DNA of 64,000 nt, taken from contig OZ296659.1 in NCBI GenBank assembly GCA_965655095.1, positions 70,866,001 through 70,930,000 on the forward strand, in the 5' to 3' direction. The stretch comes from Haplodiscus bocki. Taxonomy: Eukaryota. A program made the position numbers and the translations under genes. The stretch's first letter is position 1, and each line of letters begins with the position of its first letter. This document shows positions 14,313 to 27,113 of the stretch, piece after piece. Below the pieces are notes generated by a model. It was not told the origin of the DNA and searched no databases. It saw only the letters and a program-made list of their open reading frames with translations.

Positions 14313-15660
14313 GATTTTTGTTCGTCAACCCTGTTTCTGTGTTAGGACCCGCTACGTGTGGATTTAGCAATGGTTTGTCCTGGTTCAATCCAATAAACAA
14401 GTAGGAAGCTTTTCCAACATCGCAAAGTTTGCTAGTCAGCAAAAGGGCAATATCAACGAAAAACTGTTCATCTTGGCTTTAGTGGCGTTCTGTGGTCTTC
14501 AAAACCGCCCGGGACAAATAATTCAAGTTGTTCTCATTTCTGCTCTGCAATTTCTCTACTTCTGTTTTTTTCACTCCGTGCGTTTTGGCGGAAAGAAAAA
14601 AATTCAATTAGATGAATCAGAATCAACTCAGGTTGACTCCAGACGCTGGTAAATAATGTTCGTTTAAGTGAAAATTGAACAAAATGCTATCACGAAAGTA
14701 AACAACTCTTCTTCTTTTTGTGACGAATCAAAAAAATTGATCATCCAAATTCATTTTTGTCATAGAATGTAGTCTGCAATCATGGAGACATTTTACCGAT
14801 AACAGGGTGCTGTTATTCTGCGTAAACTTTGGGTGTTACAAGCGGCCCATCTTGCAGAGTAACCTCCTAATTGACCAGTATCCAATAAACTCCTTACAGA
14901 AATTTTTCGGTTTGTCTGCAAACATTTCGGTTGTCCCTTTTGTGCTAGTCAATGAGCGATGACTGAACCAACAGTTTGGAAATAATAGCGGTGGTGAAAA
15001 ACATTGGAGGAACGAAAAAAGAAACGTTATCATTGCATTTTCCGAACTCTGAAAAATCTTTTGATGCTGCAGTGAAAACGTTTGAAATTCAAGAATGCTA
15101 AAGGTCTGAGATTCCTATGTTTTACGAATTTTTTGCCTGAATACAATTTCTCAAAAAAAAACAAAATTTTTGATGCAACGTTCACTGGGGACAATCATTA
15201 ACTGTTAAATCAACTTAAGAAAACGAAGTTTCCTCGCTAAAATTTCACATGAAGCCTCATAATCGGCTCATCAGCATCACGTTAACAACAACGTCTCCTT
15301 AATTTCCAAGAGAGAAGCAATAACGGCCGTATCAACAAACGCCGGCCATTGGAAAAAAATGATCGCAGGTATCTACAAAAAACTGCGAAAAAGCAGGAAA
15401 AAAAATTTTCTTTGATGTTTTTGCTGAAACTTTGAGAAAAAAAATTCGAAGTCAACAGAAATGGGACACGGGCAATGCATTGTTGCTCCCTGATACTGTT
15501 GAGACAACATATAGGAGTTATTACGAAGATATATTGGTAGTGTGTACTTTTCGATTTGAGGTCACAGTGACTTATAGCGAGCAAAAGTTATGAAGTTAGG
15601 TTTACTCCGAAAACCAAAAATCAACGTTTCTTCATTGATGTGTTTTCGACTTATGGAGTT
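14313..15660 (-). mobile_element. Third copy of BEL/Pao RT fragment (block A)
   Basis: Direct repeat of 5585-6939; lies between pPolB-like N-terminal and C-terminal remnants. Confidence 0.6.
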
Positions 15661-16720
15661 CACAGACTTTTTGGAAATCAGTATCCCACGACGTAAAAAT
15701 CTATCAAAAAAGTATTTTCTGATCAAACTTTTGGAAAAGAACACTTCTGTCCATTTAGAAACATTAAATTTCGGATTAGTTTGGGTATGGGAGCTACTGA
15801 ATTGAAAATGGTGATAGGAAATAAACATAAACTAAGAAATTAAAACAATAATGCTGAAAAGACTGAAATCAGGGCAGAATCAACGTCTGTGTTTGTTAAA
15901 ATTCTATTTAAGAATGTGAATCTGAGTTTATATGGAAAACATATGGAGAAGATAAGAAAATGAAAATAATGTATTTTTGATGCTAGTTATAGAGAAATAT
16001 GAAAGAAAACAGACTAACTTCAGTTTCCGTGGACTAAAAATTTTCGAGAGAAAAGTAGGTGTTCACCTCTTTGTCTTCGAGTAGACTAAAATAGAAATGA
16101 CATTTGATAAACCAAGTTACCCAGGATTGGAATCTCTACAAATATCAAAATTGTACAAAAATGAAGCTTACTGTGATATGTAACAACCCGTTATATATAG
16201 ATATTATGTTGTTTTCAAGAAGTTCTAATATTACTTTTCAAGAACACTAGTTGTTTTTAATAGTTGTTCACCAAAAACAAGAACAAAGGTTGGTAATTTG
16301 AAAGATTTACAAGAAAAATAGAAGTTTCACGATTTGTGCAAATCAGAGAGTTATCCTGACCTTTTTTCTAAAAGTAATGAGATTGTAGTTGATAAACCTA
16401 AAAATGGAAAACCTGAACCAACATTTATTTTTGATTTTTGTGCTTTAATGGCAAACGGAAAATCATTCAAAACTAAAAGACAGGGGAAGAATTTGAAGAA
16501 ATTACTGAAGGATCACGTAATATTGTAAGATTTGATAAAATTGTTGATTGTTCCTTCGTAGACTTACAGTAGAAGAAGAATTTTATAACAACAATTTCAT
16601 CAGAAAAAAATTTTTACAATGAAATAAGAGAAGAAGGAAAGAAAAGTTACGTAACTTTGATTTGAAAAATTTTAAAAAATGCTATTGAAAACAAACCTTG
16701 GAAAACATAGAAAAATAAAT
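15661..16720 (+). pseudogene. Protein-primed family B DNA polymerase (pPolB), C-terminal part
   Basis: FKNVNLSLYGKHME (15907-15948) matches the Kx3NxxYGK motif. FDKPSYPGLESLQISKL resembles DKPIY.GF.VL.LSK. LFSKSNEIVVDKPK..FDFCALMA (ORF 16334-16528) resembles N.KV.GKFK.E...EF..LRSK. Confidence 0.8.
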
Positions 16721-17506
16721 GAAAGGTGATAACATTTTCAAAATTGAGATTCATTCAGCTCCACCAAAAGGAAAAATGTTACCAACAAAACTGATGTGTA
16801 ATAGATAGAAGAAATATGGTGTATGGATTTATTAGATTTGAAAAACTACGGAATAGAAAAAAAAGTTTAGTGATGCAACTCAGTAATCAACGATAACTTT
16901 AGCAAGTTTGGAATTACTGTTCCACTGAAAAAAACGCACAAACAGAAAAAGACTGATCTAAAAACAATTTCAATTAGTAAAGAAAAACAAAAGGTGAAAC
17001 TGATGATAGAGAAGAGTTTGATAACTAGTTTTTTACTGATTTTTTCCACTTAATATAACTGGGACATTCAGTCGCCACACCTCAAAATGAACCTTTTTCG
17101 CCGAACGTTTTATTCGATTTATTACAGATCTACTGACAAACTTTGACTTTAAAGAACGTAATCCTAATTGGATAGATTCGATGATTTCCGTGACAAAGCA
17201 ATATATCAATTGAATGCATTCTCCAACTAATTCAACACCAATCCAAGGATCACTGAAAAAGAATGAGGAATATGTTTACAAAAAAATGAAACCAAAATAG
17301 AAAAAGGAATTGATGCGGGAAAAAACTTCACGGTAAGTTTTTTTTGTTCTCTTTCAGAAAGCAGTTTTAAAAGATAAAGTGGCCATACATTCAAAAGAGC
17401 TGTTTCCTTAAAAACATTTAGTAGAACCACTAGAGATCATCTTCGAGAGCCTGTTTTAAAAAAACGTAAAGCTAATTGGATCGACGAAAAAAATGTAGTA
17501 ACGAGG

Positions 17507-17577
<71 letters not shown>

Positions 17578-17800
17578 GATTCATTGTAATGAACAAAATA
17601 AAAACAAAAGCCAAATTCCAAATTGGGAGATTTTGTTAGAACTGCAGACAAAAGTAATTTTTTTATTTAAAGGTAAATAGTCAAAGAGGAGTCATAGTTT
17701 GTATACGGACACAGATCTTATGAATGGTACAAAAAAATTCAAAAAAGAGTTTACCAGAGAGATGAAACGAAGCATTGCTAAAGAAATTGCATATAAATAT
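16720..17800 (+). pseudogene. Polinton rve (DDE) integrase with an internal partial duplication
   Basis: IWCMDLLDLKNYG, DNFSKFGITVPLK, ETDDREEF, FAERFIRFITDLL, NWIDSMISVTKQY, STPIQGSLKKNE and GDFVRTAD are all present. A second RTTRDHLREPV..NWIDE..VTRQY block lies at ~17400-17510. Confidence 0.88.
17509..17574. repeat. (AT)33 microsatellite
   Basis: Perfect dinucleotide run read directly from the sequence. Confidence 0.98.
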
Positions 17801-18429
17801 GGAAAAAAATACAAAGGTTGTGAAAAAACTGAATTAAAATTGATTGAATAGATGTATACAATTTTTTTTGATTTTAAAGAAGCTTGTATCCATCTTTTTG
17901 ATAAATTTTTATTCATTTTTTCTTTATTGGGTTTGTTTTCATTTTTTCGGAGGAACATACATTCATCTTTTTAGTTAAAAATGAATTCAGTTTTTGGATG
18001 AACATCTACTTAGATTGTGTCGAATTTTTTTTGTCCATATCTTTTAAATGCCTTTACTCTTTATCAAATTGGCATAAACATTTCCTGTTTTAGTTTTCCT
18101 TTCGAGAGAATAAAATCTCATTTAGGAAGAGAGAAAATTGAGACAAAGGTAAAGTAATAAATGAAACTATATTATTTTTCTGAGTGTGTTTTTTCTTTGT
18201 GGTGTGAAAAAAATTGAGATATCTTTCGGGTAATTTTGTATTATTGTTTAATTTACATAAATAGTAAAAAGATACTTATCATAGAAAGTTTCTAGTTAAT
18301 ATTAATCACACAACGTTTGGGATTGCCATCAACATTACCGTTTTCTTCTCCATTTATTTTTTTATAAAAGACAGATGATATGTACATCATACAGTATAAC
18401 TACCATTTTTCCTTTCTGGTAATAATTAT

Positions 18430-18900
18430 AAACGATGTTTGGAAAAAATAAAAGTTTGAAAAATATAAACTTATAGAACCATTTCTCTTTTTAAAACAAA
18501 AAAAATTATTGAAAGGAATCGAGTTTGTAGAATGACTTATATCTCAAGTGCACTTGATAAACCGGAATTTGATGGTAAGACTATTTTGGTTTAAATTAGC
18601 GAGAAAGACTTGGTACTTATTTCAGGATGTGATTAATTAAAAATCAGTACAGAAAAAAGAATTCTAAACTTTTTATCTAATTTAAGTAGAAACACGATTC
18701 CTCATCCAAAATTTACTGGATATCGAAATGTAAATAATTTAGTTAATCTCTTTATATTTTTTGAAAACGTTAATATTGAGGCACTCAAATGTTTAGAAAA
18801 TGGAATTATTGAGGAGGGACTAATATTAAATACAATAGATAATGTCTCGATCCTTCTGATTGTCATGTGTCAAGAATCGGTGAAGATAGTATTACAAGAA
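18430..18900 (+). pseudogene. Polinton accessory hypothetical protein (FDG.TIL..IS....V.ISG family)
   Basis: MTYISSALDKPEFDGKTILV*ISEKDLVLISG..ILNFLSNLSRNTIP resembles a recurring Polinton/large-DNA-virus hypothetical ORF as I recall it; not verified. Confidence 0.4.
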
Positions 18901-19039
18901 TGGTTCACGAAAAAGTTGACTCAATCTATCAAAAAACAATGAAGAAATAGATTTGGAGATAGTTGAAGAAGATATGGATGAAGTTGAACTAAAGAATTGT
19001 ATTGGAAGTAAAGAGGTAGTAAATATTTTTATTCAAAAA

Positions 19040-19165
19040 TGAGGTACATGTATACATAATCTTTTTGTTATGCATTTCGGCAATGCTGACATCAGAGTAT
19101 TTGTGAAAATGGTTATCAAAAACAAGTGATGGGAATATAATAAAGCATGCAAAATGTACAACTTG
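19040..19165 (+). pseudogene. Degenerate C3HC4 RING finger
   Basis: YAFRQC*HQSICENGYQ from 19069 resembles F..CGH.C.C..C. A second weaker copy lies near 19200-19300. Confidence 0.5.
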
Positions 19166-20569
19166 GTTGTTCAAAAAATAATATGTTCACTTTGAAAACT
19201 GTAGGTGAAACTTGCATGAATATGAAACAAAATCTTTCAAAAAACGATACTACATTTCGGAAGATTGGCACCATACATTATCTTTTGACCACCATCGTCA
19301 AAGTCTTCTGTTTCCTGTTTTTTCTGAAACAATTATCATAATCATCTTCTGCTCCTTCGAATTCTTTATCATTGATCAAAGAATAAGAATATGTTTTCGC
19401 TCTAACAAATAATAGATTCTTTTTCCATGTGCAACTGGATTTTTAACATCATTTTTAACCAATAAACTTTTCATGTCTTCCAATCTTATCGTTGCTTACT
19501 ATAGTATCGAGAGAAAACACGTTTTTGTCTACGAAAATATATTCTTTTTTGTTGCAATTGCTATACTACAAACTTCGCCATTTTCTTTGGCAATAAATAC
19601 ATTCAAGAAAAATAAAGAGACAAGTTCTAAGATTTCATCAAAATCTGTGGCTGGGTTAGGAATTTCAAAAATCACCGCTTTCTTTTCATTAGTAAAAATA
19701 TCTACCATGGGTCTAAAATAACGGTTTTGTTTTAAAGTATAAGTTTCAAGTTTGTTCATATTTCTTATAAAACTCTCTGAAGAATTTTGTTTCCGAGATT
19801 CAAGTCTGTTCTACAATAAAAAAAGTTTTCAGTCTCGCTTACAACGTGCCAGCGAAGCTGATAGTACACGAGGTGTACATAAAAGTGTACGTGCAATTTT
19901 TTTCTCAGTTTTGTCTTTGCATAGCAAGCTGCAGGCAAGCCCGCCTGTCCACATGATATTGTACGTTCTATATGGTATAGAAAAATGTTGCGCCTAATAT
20001 AAAACGTTTTACTTCCGAGATGAACACGTCCTACTTCTGATTTGAAGTAAATGTGTAAAACTTCAGATATGATATACAATACGTATTGAATCCGGTGTAA
20101 GTTACAGAAAAAAAACATTTCTTGTGTGAAATAAAAAGTCATTTTTCTGGTGTTACAAGGAAACTGTTAAATTATTTTTTGTAATTCATATCATAGATTA
20201 ATGTTCTCTGTTCTGATATGAATGGCAAGTATTGAAACTACTCACAACTCTTCGACTCAATTAGATAAAAAGTTGAAAGTCAACAACAAGTAGGACTGTC
20301 AGCAATTTTGTTACATAATCAGGTTTAGCATCCACAGAAAAACGAAGAAATTAAAAAGCCCGCCAGCTAACACTGGCATGGTTTGGGCCTTCCCATTTGC
20401 GTAAAGAAGGCATCTAAAACGGTGAGAACATTTCTCCTCAAAAAACACTCCTTTTTCGTCACAGTTCCTAAATTTTCAATAATTAAAATTTTTCTGAACT
20501 GTTTGCCAGAGGAATGATAATTGGGGCAAGAAACACGACTTCGCGCAAAAACCAGTTGATAAACATCCG

Positions 20570-20870
20570 ACCATGAGATTGCCACGTTTAGAGATTTTGA
20601 AAATATTCACGTTTTTTGTTCAGAAAACAATTATATTTTTTCACAAATTACACAAAAATTGATCTTTTCGAGAAATATTGCTTTATCGTTGCCATTCGAC
20701 GACACTTTGGCAATCATTCGGTGAGATTAAATTGACATTCAGGAATGTGAAAAAACTTGTCGATGTGGCGTCAAAGCAAATGGCAGACTTCTTGTAAAAA
20801 AAACGTGGAGTTTGATTCATCTGATTAGATTTTTTTGCTTCATCTTTAGATAAAATGGCGCAAATAAAAT
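20570..20870 (+). repeat. Diverged copy of the dispersed repeat at 56200-56552
   Basis: Shared blocks in the same order: TTGCCAC.TTTAG.GATTTTGAAAA, GAGAAAT, CGATGTGGCGT...GCAA.TGGCA and ATGGCGCA.AATAA. Confidence 0.7.
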
Positions 20871-21179
20871 ATGTTTGAACATAAAATACTTTTTCAAGCT
20901 AGAACGAAAAAAGCATAAAATATAGAATCTAATGAAAGTGCAGCGCCACCTTTGAAGTGGAAAATGCGCAAACAATGAAATTTAACTCCCTTTGTGTAGT
21001 GAGAGAAGACATTTTTTGATAATGTAGGTCAAGTATATGGATGTGTAAGTAGATATGTGGAAAGATTTGTATTATTGGAAAGTAAACACAAAAATTCTAG
21101 TTTGTAATGCTTTTTCACTGTGCTCCACGCTATCGAAATGAAAGTTTTAATATTTGGTTCGCAAGGTCAGAAAAAGTCT

Positions 21180-22400
21180 GCTTGATCTCAAATCGAAAAT
21201 CGCTCACTAAAAAAACGCCTTTTTGTAGAAGTTTACACTCGCTCTATGCCAAACGAAAAAACACCATGTTTTTCATTGCGCCAAAAGCCTCTATAAAAGT
21301 TTGAAAACCAAAAGTAAATTGGAATAAAATTTCATGGCGCGAAGTAATGCATAAACACTATTTCAATATAAAATGGTTATTTAAGCAAAAAAGATTCAGC
21401 CATTTTTGCCTCCTTTAGCGTAGTGGTTATGTCAATGAAAAAAAATAGGCCGCGGCCGGAGTGTGTAAGGCTCACTTCTAACGAACGTTTCCTAGTCTGT
21501 GACAAATGTACTTTCTATCGGAGGAACTCTCAGTCACTCTGTTTGAATGAAACTGTTTAGAAAAGCCTCAATTTTGACAGGAGTGCTGTGTTGGGAACAC
21601 TTGAAAGAGTAAAACTGTACTAGTTTGCCGGAGAAAACTTGAAAGAACTTATTTGAAGAATAAGTCTCGTAAAAAATGAAAGCAACAGCTACAGATAATG
21701 AAAGCAATGTGAATTAGGTATATTATTTGATTAAAGCCAACCAAATTTCTGTGTTATGTGAAATAAGTACACATTTTTTGAAGGAAAAACCCTGAAAAAC
21801 GCTTTACAAATAATTTCCCATTAATTCAACTAGTTGAAAATGTAAATTGTAATATTCGCTGGTTAAATGTGAATGAATACACGTACCAGTTGTTTCAAAC
21901 ATTTCGAGCATTAACTTAAAACAGAAGAGAAAAAAATGTAAACTCAGGAAAAAATTTTAAGTAATAATTGTGGACAAAACAACAATGATGAGTTTTATGT
22001 GGCAGAAAGTTTTCGTGTATCATCAATTTTTAATTTTTAAAAATGTCAATTATAACTTTTTCCTAAAAAAATAAAAGCAACAGAGAAAAAAGATATCTTC
22101 TTATCACCTATTTTTCTGGAAGCATAATCTAAAATTATTATCTCGATGGCCTAATATTGACTCAGCTTCTGTTTCAGTAGAAACTACTAAGAAAAATTTT
22201 TTATCCTTCGGTCTAATTTTAGTCCCAAACTTGAACAAATGTGTAAAAAAAACGTTGCGCGAATTTATCTTTGTAATGTCACGATCATTGTTATAAATAT
22301 ACAAGAAATACCAAGTTAGACAAAAATTTTTTGGACCTGCTAATTTTAACAAAAAGATAGAAACAGATCTAGATGAAAATAGATGTCGTCGAAAGTGAGC
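21180..22400 (+). repeat. Old diverged homologue of block B non-coding region (7200-8400), including a decayed tRNA-like head at 21409
   Basis: CCTCCTTTAGCGTAGTGGTTATGT, AGGAGTGCTGTGTTGG.AACACTTGAA, CAGCTACAG and AGCTTCTGTTT..TAGAAA.TACT are collinear with 7369, 7580, 7691 and 8169. Confidence 0.75.
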
Positions 22401-23199
22401 AGCTTCTTCGGAGCGAATAATAAATTAAAAGCATCGTCGTTATTATTCTTTATAAAATGGAAAAATTATTACTGTAAGGAGCCACACATACAAAAAAAAA
22501 TTTTTATACATACGAAATTGATGAACTAGAAAAAGAAAAAATAAAAAAGAGAGAAGTTAATAAACTACCAGATGAAACAGGGAGGGACAATTAAATTCAA
22601 GGATTAATCGAACTTCAAAAAGTTAATGTAGGATTTTACTAAAACTTAGTTATGAAAGCAAAGAAAACAAAAATGGAAACGATAACAGTATGAAAATCGA
22701 CAGGTATTTTTCTAATATAGAAAAAATTTCAAATGCTGAAAAGAGAGCAATAAATTTGTTTTCTCCCAATAATCTTCACTTTTATCAAAAAAACTCGAAG
22801 GACAAACGAAAAAACCTGGCTTGCGTTTTTTTCCAAACATTCTTAGAAAAAAAATTAGAGAAAACGCAAAAAAAAAGATTTTATCCCATATATTTTTTAT
22901 TTTTAAAACGTGTTTTTTCACGTTTTTTGAATTTCGTTACCAAAAACAATTTTTTTGTCACTAACTTTTTTTTCATTAATTAAAGTCAAAATTAGTAAAT
23001 CATTTCTGTTTGGTTTAAAATTGAAGGACAACATTCCTCTCGAAAAAAATTGTCCTCCATTTTGAAAAATAAAGAACAGTAAAACAAATATACTTGAAAA
23101 TCAAATTGACAGTTATAATATCAACTTCAAAGAAAGAAAACTACTCTTAAAAACATATGTTTTTAATTTTTATCAAAAAAAGCTTCTATTTTTTGTTCT

Positions 23200-23410
23200 T
23201 TCTATCTTCACTTCATGAACCATAAACCAAAATCTAACTTCAATACTACAAACATAAAAAGAGGAAATGAAGTTGAAACTAATGGAACAAATTAATATCG
23301 CCAAATTAAACATTAAACAAAAAGGGAAAGAATTGGGTTATTCAGATTCGACAGTTAAAAGCTTTTGCGACCAAATACACATGAAATGTCTTTATAATAG
23401 AAATTAAGAG
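23200..23410 (+). pseudogene. Small helix-turn-helix protein of Polinton-like elements
   Basis: MKLKLMEQ..IKQKGKELGYSDSTVKSFCDQIHM shows the HTH-like pattern (IAK.LGYS.ST..R). Confidence 0.5.
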
Positions 23411-24269
23411 AGATAAGCTATCAGGTTCTTTCTGGTAACTCGTCTGGTGTTAGAAATGCAATTGTTAAAAAGGAGACGGAAACTGTTAACGAAAACATCC
23501 AACATATACTTATTAACAAAAAACAAAAGAAAAAACTGTGATGGGAGAACGAAGAATTGGTTTTTCCAGCTTCTTAAATGGAGTTAGCAATTCAACTTGT
23601 GTCAAGTGGTAAACTTATAGAGGAAGAAGTAGAACAAGCTTTGAGAAGAGTACAATTATCAATCGTTAATAACAGAAGCCAAGCAAATGAACGATTAGAA
23701 GCAAAGTTTCCTGCTACTTGTTAGAAGAAGCTAGAGCAAGACGATTTAAAAAAAAGATTAAAAACGCCATCGTTCTTATAGGACTGAATTTAGAATAGTT
23801 ATCAAAGTCACAAATAACGAAAGCTTGAGTTTCATAGGTTTTGATAACTTTCGTAGAGGTGAATTTTATCCTGAGGTGTCCGTGAAAGAGATAAACTACA
23901 AAATGAAAATTTTGACAGAGTTAATATAATTTTACATGACTTGACAGAGTAAAAGAGGAACAAACAGTTAGATCATTTTTGAAAACAACGTTGGTAAATC
24001 TAAATAGGAAATAGATGTAAAGGAGATTAAAAAATTTCGAGAAGTTGATGAAAGATTACCTGAGGCTCTAGAAGCATCTTTATTAGCAATTGTTTCAATT
24101 AACTTGCATCTAAACTTTAAAAATTTATTAAATAAGCAGCTTGAGGCTACATTAGAAAAACCTTATGATGCTGGTGTTTCTGATATTTCTCACGGAAAGG
24201 TGAAATCTTCAAGGATTATAGTGCTTTTAAAAAAACACGCAGAGGAGAATTAGAAATAGTTGATTGAGG

Positions 24270-24670
24270 GTAATATTTAAACACTTTTTTTATATAAAAA
24301 ACTCTTAAACTTCAATTAACATCGGATAAAAAAAGGGAAGAAGTACTCAAAGAATAAAATTTAATTACGTATTTTTACATGAAAAAAAAAGCAAAATCAC
24401 AACAAAAGACGGAAATGTAAATCTTCATCCAAATAAAGGCACTAACTGTTTAATCTACAAAAATAACAGTTTGGATTCCTATGGATGACTACCACCAAGT
24501 TTTTCATCATATCTTATAGTTAAAAAGAATGGAAAATTTATTTTTCCTGATATTACAAACTAGGGATAAAACATTTTTTTCCGGCTTTCTGCTTGTTTAT
24601 TTCTTACCGAGCCAAATTATTGGAGCTAGATTTCATATCTGCTTATCGTCTTCATACTGTGGTAATTTAA
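24270..24670 (+). pseudogene. Adenain-like (C5) cysteine protease
   Basis: VNLHPNKGTNCLIYKNNSLDSYG*LPP from 24417 resembles VNL....GTHWV......FDSYG..PP. The catalytic His and Cys appear to be lost. Confidence 0.78.
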
Positions 24671-24839
24671 GATTAGACGAAAAAAAATTGATTACAGTGT
24701 GCCATAGAAACATGAAAACGGATGAAATCCTTTTCCTAATGACCATACAAGAAATTAAATGTAATTCTCAATTTGAATTTTTAACTAGAAAGTCGAGAAA
24801 ATCTTTTTAAAAATATGTTCAGAAAAAATTGAAACAAAA

Positions 24840-26135
24840 TCAGATGAATAGTTGCTAATTCTTGAAAAATACTCACAAATTCAATGAACAACCAGAAATA
24901 AGACGAAAAGAATTCTAGAATATAAACTTAAAACTTCAAAGGAAACAGTTACTTTCGATACATCAATAGAATTAGAGAAAGGAAAATGGATAAAAAGTAT
25001 AGTTAATCTAGAGATATTCAATTTTGATTACATAAAACAGAATAAAAACCAATGTTTCAATTTTGCTTCTTGGTTCTTATGGCAATTGAACACTTGATTG
25101 AAGTAACAGATGGCTCTGAGAGTTTTTTCGTTTCATCGAGATTTGGTGAGAGAGATAAAGGTGGCTCGCCGAGCGAAGTCCGCTCTCCAAAGAACGGTGA
25201 GGTTGAGTAGGAAAACGATAGAAATGAATGTCAAAGCATACACAAGTTATTTGATTATAAGCTTGCAAAAATAATCGAAGGATTGGAAGATGCCCGAAAA
25301 TTACGAAGACTTCGTATACAGAACGAACTTGAGATTAAAAGAAATTTAGAAATAACGTACATTGAATATCACGAGTAAAGCTCACAATAAAGGTGAATAC
25401 CAGAATTAGCTTAATAAAGAACAGAACTTATTGAAGCCCATTCTCATATTGTAACAAACATAGCTGACAATTCAGTTTTTGAAATCAGGATTAAATTTTA
25501 CAGCGGAAACACGACAGAAAAGCAAAATCATTTTAACATTTTTTATTCTTAGAACATTAGTAATTTCCCTACATAAAACAAATATACTAACGGTTCGTTA
25601 AACTGACAAAAAGTTTTTGTATTACAACATTTGAAAAAATTTTTTAGAACGTCGTTGTATTTTCAGGAGTATCGTAAACGGAGCAAAGAAACCTTTTTCA
25701 GAAATTCAAACACCTTTGGAACCGATGTGGCACCAAGATATTGAATAGAAATTTTCAACGACTGAAAGAGTGAATTTTAATGGTTTGATGAAAACGCAAC
25801 TTTCAATACATTATCAGGAATTACTTTATATTGGAGTTATAGGCCTAATAATACTTATATACGTAATAAATTACTGAACAAATTCACGTTTACAAAGACC
25901 AATTAATCAGTCATTGTAGTCGAAGAAGTTTTGTAAGGCGCATAGTACAGCTTAAATTGTTTAAAAATGCTATAAAAAACCTCGATTTTCGGGAAAATTT
26001 TGTGAACCAGAAACAAAACAATCAAACAAAGTAAATCTACTTTGGAAACAAGTACATTCCTCTTAGGAAAATGAAAGATTGTTATAAGGGATTTGTTCTT
26101 GAAACTAAGGTTTCTACTTTAATATTTAAATTTAA
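24840..26135 (+). pseudogene. Probable minor capsid (penton-like) protein
   Basis: N-terminal ILEYKLKTSKETVTFDTSIELEKGKWIKSIVNLEIFN (F..PI.L.G.W...L..L pattern), internal CIFRSIVNGAKKP (CD.I..S.VNG...P pattern) and C-terminal FCEPET...STLETSTF. Confidence 0.62.
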
Positions 26136-26162
26136 AAAGGTTTAAGAAAATGCAATTAAAAT

Positions 26163-26559
26163 ATGTTCTTACAAAAAATTACCAGCCTTTGCATTGTTTT
26201 GTTGGTCGGCATTATTCCAGTAGAAAAAGGATTGCAGGAGATGAAACTCAAATAGGTCGAAAATATTTCGAATTGTAGTTGTGTTGAAACTATTAGAGAG
26301 ATATCATTGACTTTTGATGACAAAACTATGGCGACTGAAGGATTAGGTAATTTTCATGGATACATTGAAAAAAAGACTGTTGAATCTGCCAAAATTTAGC
26401 TTCAAATGTAATGAAAAAGCCTGGCAAAGCAACGAAAGAGGATCAAAAAATGGTAGTGCAGCTTTATTTAGAAATGCTAAAAAATCCTTACCTTCAATTC
26501 CAGATGTATTAACGTTTTGTTATACTGGTAAAGGATTATATCTGGGAAAATTCGTTTGA
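26163..26559 (+). pseudogene. Small basic Polinton protein (possible virion core or membrane-active protein)
   Basis: MFLQKITSLCIVFVGRHYS...MATEGLGNF...LPSIPDVLTFCYTGKGLYLGKFV*; frameshifted. Resembles a recurring small ORF of this element family (recalled, unverified). Confidence 0.5.
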
Positions 26560-26589
26560 AAATTTTAAAGAGCTTCTTTAGATCGAAGA

Positions 26590-27113
26590 ATGTGTGCTAC
26601 AGATTCATGTCTTTCTATCTGACTACAAACGATTGCAAATGTCGAAGAAGAGTTTGAAACGAGAGTAAGTGGTATAAAAAAATAATAACTCCATTACCAA
26701 TCTTAAGAAAAAGATTATCTTTTCCAAAATTAAAAATCGTAAATGAAAAAAGAATAATAGAAATTTTGAAATCTCATCCACTATACTCACATTGATTGAC
26801 AATTTTGTTATTTTTGCTACAACTTCCATTCGTGTAAATTTATCTGTGACTGATTTTGGGCTGATAGTAATTCAATTATCCCCCGGAAGTGCATCCGGAT
26901 TAACTTTACCTAATAAAGTCTCACATCGAAAACTTATGAAGAAACATAGCAAAAATTTCAAAAACCAATTGAGAGACTGCAACAAACAATTAACTTTTTC
27001 GCCGAAATAAATAGAAAGTGTGTACACGATGAGGTAGCGAATGGAAAAAGATATGAATTTCTAAGTGAAGTTCTTACAAAAAACGTAAACGAAGAAAAAG
27101 AGACTCTTTTTTG
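26590..27113 (+). pseudogene. Coiled-coil plus two-transmembrane Polinton protein
   Basis: Hydrophobic hairpin ILTLIDNFVIFATTSIRVNLSVTDFGLIVIQLSPGSASGLTL flanked by Lys/Asn-rich helices (ORF 26792-27010). Confidence 0.5.

Larger units (their letters stand above)
5585..15660 (+). repeat. Tandem segmental duplication, ~4.36-kb period, 2.3 copies (A-B-A-B-A)
   Basis: Units start at ~5585, ~9951 and ~14313 (GATTTTT..TCGTCAA..TGT..CTGTGT.AGGACC.GCTACGTGTGG). ORFs 6552-6863 and 10917-11228 give identical translations, as do 6624-6872 and 10989-11237. The third copy stops matching at ~15660. Confidence 0.97.
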
